A DNA stretch of 64,000 nt from Phoronis australis (Eukaryota > Animalia > Phoronida), in NCBI GenBank assembly GCA_002633005.1, contig NMRA01000585.1, positions 2,851 through 66,850 on the forward strand. The letters are read 5' to 3'. The first letter of the stretch is position 1, and each line of letters begins with the position of its first letter. A program made the position numbers and the translations under genes. Positions 61,063 through 64,000 of this stretch are shown here, piece after piece. The notes beneath the pieces were generated by a model, which was not told where the DNA came from, ran no database searches, and saw only the letters and a program-made list of their open reading frames with translations.

Positions 61063-62690
61063 TTAACTTCGATTCAAATGTTCCCATTGACCGAAGCTTC
61101 GGCAATTCCGAAACTTCAGAGCCAGTGGCAAAAGCCTTTAAGAATAACAAATCTGTTTATTAGAATATATAACAAAACATAATTTAAAAAGGTTGTCTGG
61201 CTTGGCTTCTCTTCTGCCAATGAGCTTCAAATGATTTCTAGTAAGTTTCTGTGAAGTACTATAAGAAGGTAAAATTAGACTTATAGAACTATTATCAGTC
61301 TATAATTGTTAATTGTTCCCATGGTTTACCTGTTTACAAGGCTTACATAAATTAGTGCAGCATTCATTCGGGGAGATAACTCCTATAGAACAGGTGTAGG
61401 GGACATGCCACTCAGAAGGATGACTTTCCCCACATGCGGTTTCCTTACAAGTTCAGAGGGTGCTATTTCTGATAAAATTTTCGACAACAGGGTGCCTTCT
61501 CCAACAAAATTGTCAACAACAAGGTTCACTTGAGGATTTCGAAACTGCAAAAGGTTGATTTTTTCTACTATACAAATCTACAGAAGGGTTTTTAGTTCAA
61601 AAATATTGGTTTGGACAACGTGGCCACCCCACGTAAAAATATCAAGGCCTGTGTTACTAATGCCGATGCTTGGTCTTTGATTGAATTTAACTGCTCAAGT
61701 TCGCTTTGCAGTAAATAGGTGGATTTAACAGTGAACTCTCAACTTCGGTGTCCATCGAAGTAGAATCTTGCCAGGAATCATTGTACTGTGACAGTGGTGA
61801 AGGCCTGAATATGTCACCTTGTAGTACTTGTAGCTTCAATCACGAAATCACTGATGCTTCGCTAGTACGGTCAACTTGGGTCCCATCGAAGTGGCCTGAG
61901 GAGCCACTGTTATCGTCAACAACTGTTATCGTCAACAACTAAAGGGCAGCTTATAGTTGCTGAGATTTTTCTCGAAAAATCACCAATTGAATTAGAAATA
62001 AGTTTATGTTAATTAGCACATATAAATGTTCTCAAATTGTCACATTAAAAAAATATTAACATGACGCAATGCATCAGCACTGCCTTGCGATTACTTAGAA
62101 AGTTAGATGATGACACCGTCGCTTGCCATTTACTTCGATGTCCGTTAACTACCAAAGGTGGTATGAACGGTTCAGTTAACTTCGCTGTTTACGGCGACGC
62201 TGTTTACGGCGACGCTCTGTTCAAACTGGAGTTAAGTCAGTATGACAGGGCCTAATAACTCTCCGATGACTTGTTGACTGTGGTCTTAGTTCATTCTTAT
62301 CAAATTTGCCATTCCCTTCCAATAAGTCCAATTAAAATGTAAATTTTCAAACCCCCCATGACTGGCTTAGATGCATCTTTATATCTGGCAATGATTTGGA
62401 ATATTTTAGGGGGACATAGGAGTGGTTTGTCATCAGTATTAAGATGTTGACAGTTGTACCTGATGGAACTGGTTTTACTGGATTTGATTGATGAGTGACT
62501 CACGGTAATTATTAAAATTTCAGGTGTAATAGAAATCCCCTTGGACTGTTCAAAGAGCTTGAAATGTTAGTGTTGTTACACCCAAGTAAGGATGGACATT
62601 TCTCTGATGCCTAACCAGTGGTTATAGGACAAGTTGAAGCTGAAAAAGTTTGACATTGAAGCAGCCAAATTTGAATTGGAAGGCAGTATC

Positions 62691-62869
62691 ATGACTGTGA
62701 CTTACACATATAAAGTGGCGAATGCTCGCCTCTGTGGCTTCACTCGACTTTTATGCTATTGGAAGGGCAGCATTTACAAGATCATGTACAAGGAAATGCT
62801 GATTTATTTGGGCTGTTACGGACTTCTCAGTGCTGTCTACAGATTTGGTTTAAGAATTGACCAGAGAAG
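62691..62869 (+). CDS. Bestrophin (Ca2+-activated chloride channel), coding exon 1
   Basis: MTVTYTYKVANARLCGFTRLLCYWKGSIYK is the canonical bestrophin N-terminus; donor AG|GTTTGT, phase 2. Confidence 0.95.
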
Positions 62870-63088
62870 GTTTGTAGTGGTGTGATTTGTTAATTTCTTG
62901 CCGCAATTTATAATAATATTTATGTGGATTTTAGTCTGCTTTAAAATTGATGTGTATAACTATGTTCAGTTAAGAAATAATCGCTAAATGTAATTATTGG
63001 TATCATAAAAAGTGATCATTGGTTTTCATATTTGGTCATACTTCTGGCCTTTATTACATATTTCCATTGACTTTTTTCTTCTTTACAG

Positions 63089-63223
63089 CATATTTGAGAA
63101 GGTGGTCTTGTACTGCCAAGAGTTCACCAACCTGATTCCACTCTCCTTTGTACTGGGTTTCTATGTTGCACTAGTTGTTGGCCGGTGGTGGAATCAGTAT
63201 ATGAGCATCCCTTGGCCAGATAG
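63089..63223 (+). CDS. Bestrophin coding exon 2 (gene continues beyond the window)
   Basis: ctttacag|C; [27 protein letters not shown] signature; donor AG|GTGAGT. Confidence 0.95.
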
Positions 63224-64000
63224 GTGAGTGATATAGCAAGGAAATGGTGAGCTGGAGCGACTCTTCTTTTGTAGCAAGCTAGTGGATCTATCGGTGTCTT
63301 TTGGCCATTTCAGACAAGCAATTTTTGTCACTAAACCAATCCATGAGCTCCATTCAGTCCATTTGTTTATCACATATAATTAAGGGCTCGGCTTATTGAA
63401 AAATAATACAAAAGAAAAGGTTCCACTCCAAAACATGGACCAAAGCAATGGTTTTCATAGATGGCTCTGCATGGTACTTAAATTGGTGTTTTGCATTGTC
63501 TTCAAAACCAAGTTAGTTGTGATCAGTGAAGTCTCCAGTTACATATTATATCTGGTTTCATGTTAACTACGGTGTAATGACTCTATATAATAATTATGAC
63601 AGCAGCAAAATTATAGCTGTCAACAAAAGAAATCAAGTTATTGATTTTTCTCAATGTGGTCTACAAATATGCAACCATTGGGTTTTATATGCCTAGATTT
63701 TCAAAAAATCATTCATGATATTACGATTTTTGATTGGAAACTGATAACGTGTACTGTTTTGGTCTGACCAAACTGTACAATTCTAGCATGAAGTCCTCGG
63801 ATAGAAGCTGTGGTGTAGAGTAATAGGCAACACGCCTCGGGATTTCTTGTCATGGTGGCTGAACTAGAACTGCTAAATGTGTTGTCATGTACGATCTCTA
63901 CCATCAACTGAAGTTAGGATTTTGCCAAAATAATGGTCATATCCATCATTTCACTGTAAATGGAATTTTGTTTGATTACTTTTGACATGTTAAACACAAG

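Overview
AT-rich animal (most likely marine invertebrate) genomic DNA with spliceosomal introns and three assembly gaps (about 2356-3179, 35952-36787, 55365-55406). The core is a tandem array of three plus-strand SLC16 transporter genes of the MCT8/MCT10 (SLC16A2/A10) type at 7249-18672, 24465-34097 and 40611-50762. They share intron positions and phases, and copies 2 and 3 are a younger, more divergent pair. The first two coding exons of a bestrophin gene lie at the right end. Intron 3 of copy 3 carries a 3.7-kb miniature Polinton/Maverick (45073-48792) with AGTAGT termini, ~500-bp TIRs, a perfect 6-bp TSD and only a decayed protein-primed DNA polymerase that contains a Vsr-like nuclease insert. 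The ORF track misses a decayed, intronless, minimal-C-lobe protein kinase (53146-54512). Also present are THAP/TTAA (Kolobok-type) elements, one of which is a fold-back of two promoter+ATG ends, hAT-like MITEs with 5-bp TSDs, Harbinger-like MITEs, a tRNA-SINE, a CR1/L2-type LINE tail and several unclassified repeats. All calls come from reading the sequence by eye; no searches were run.
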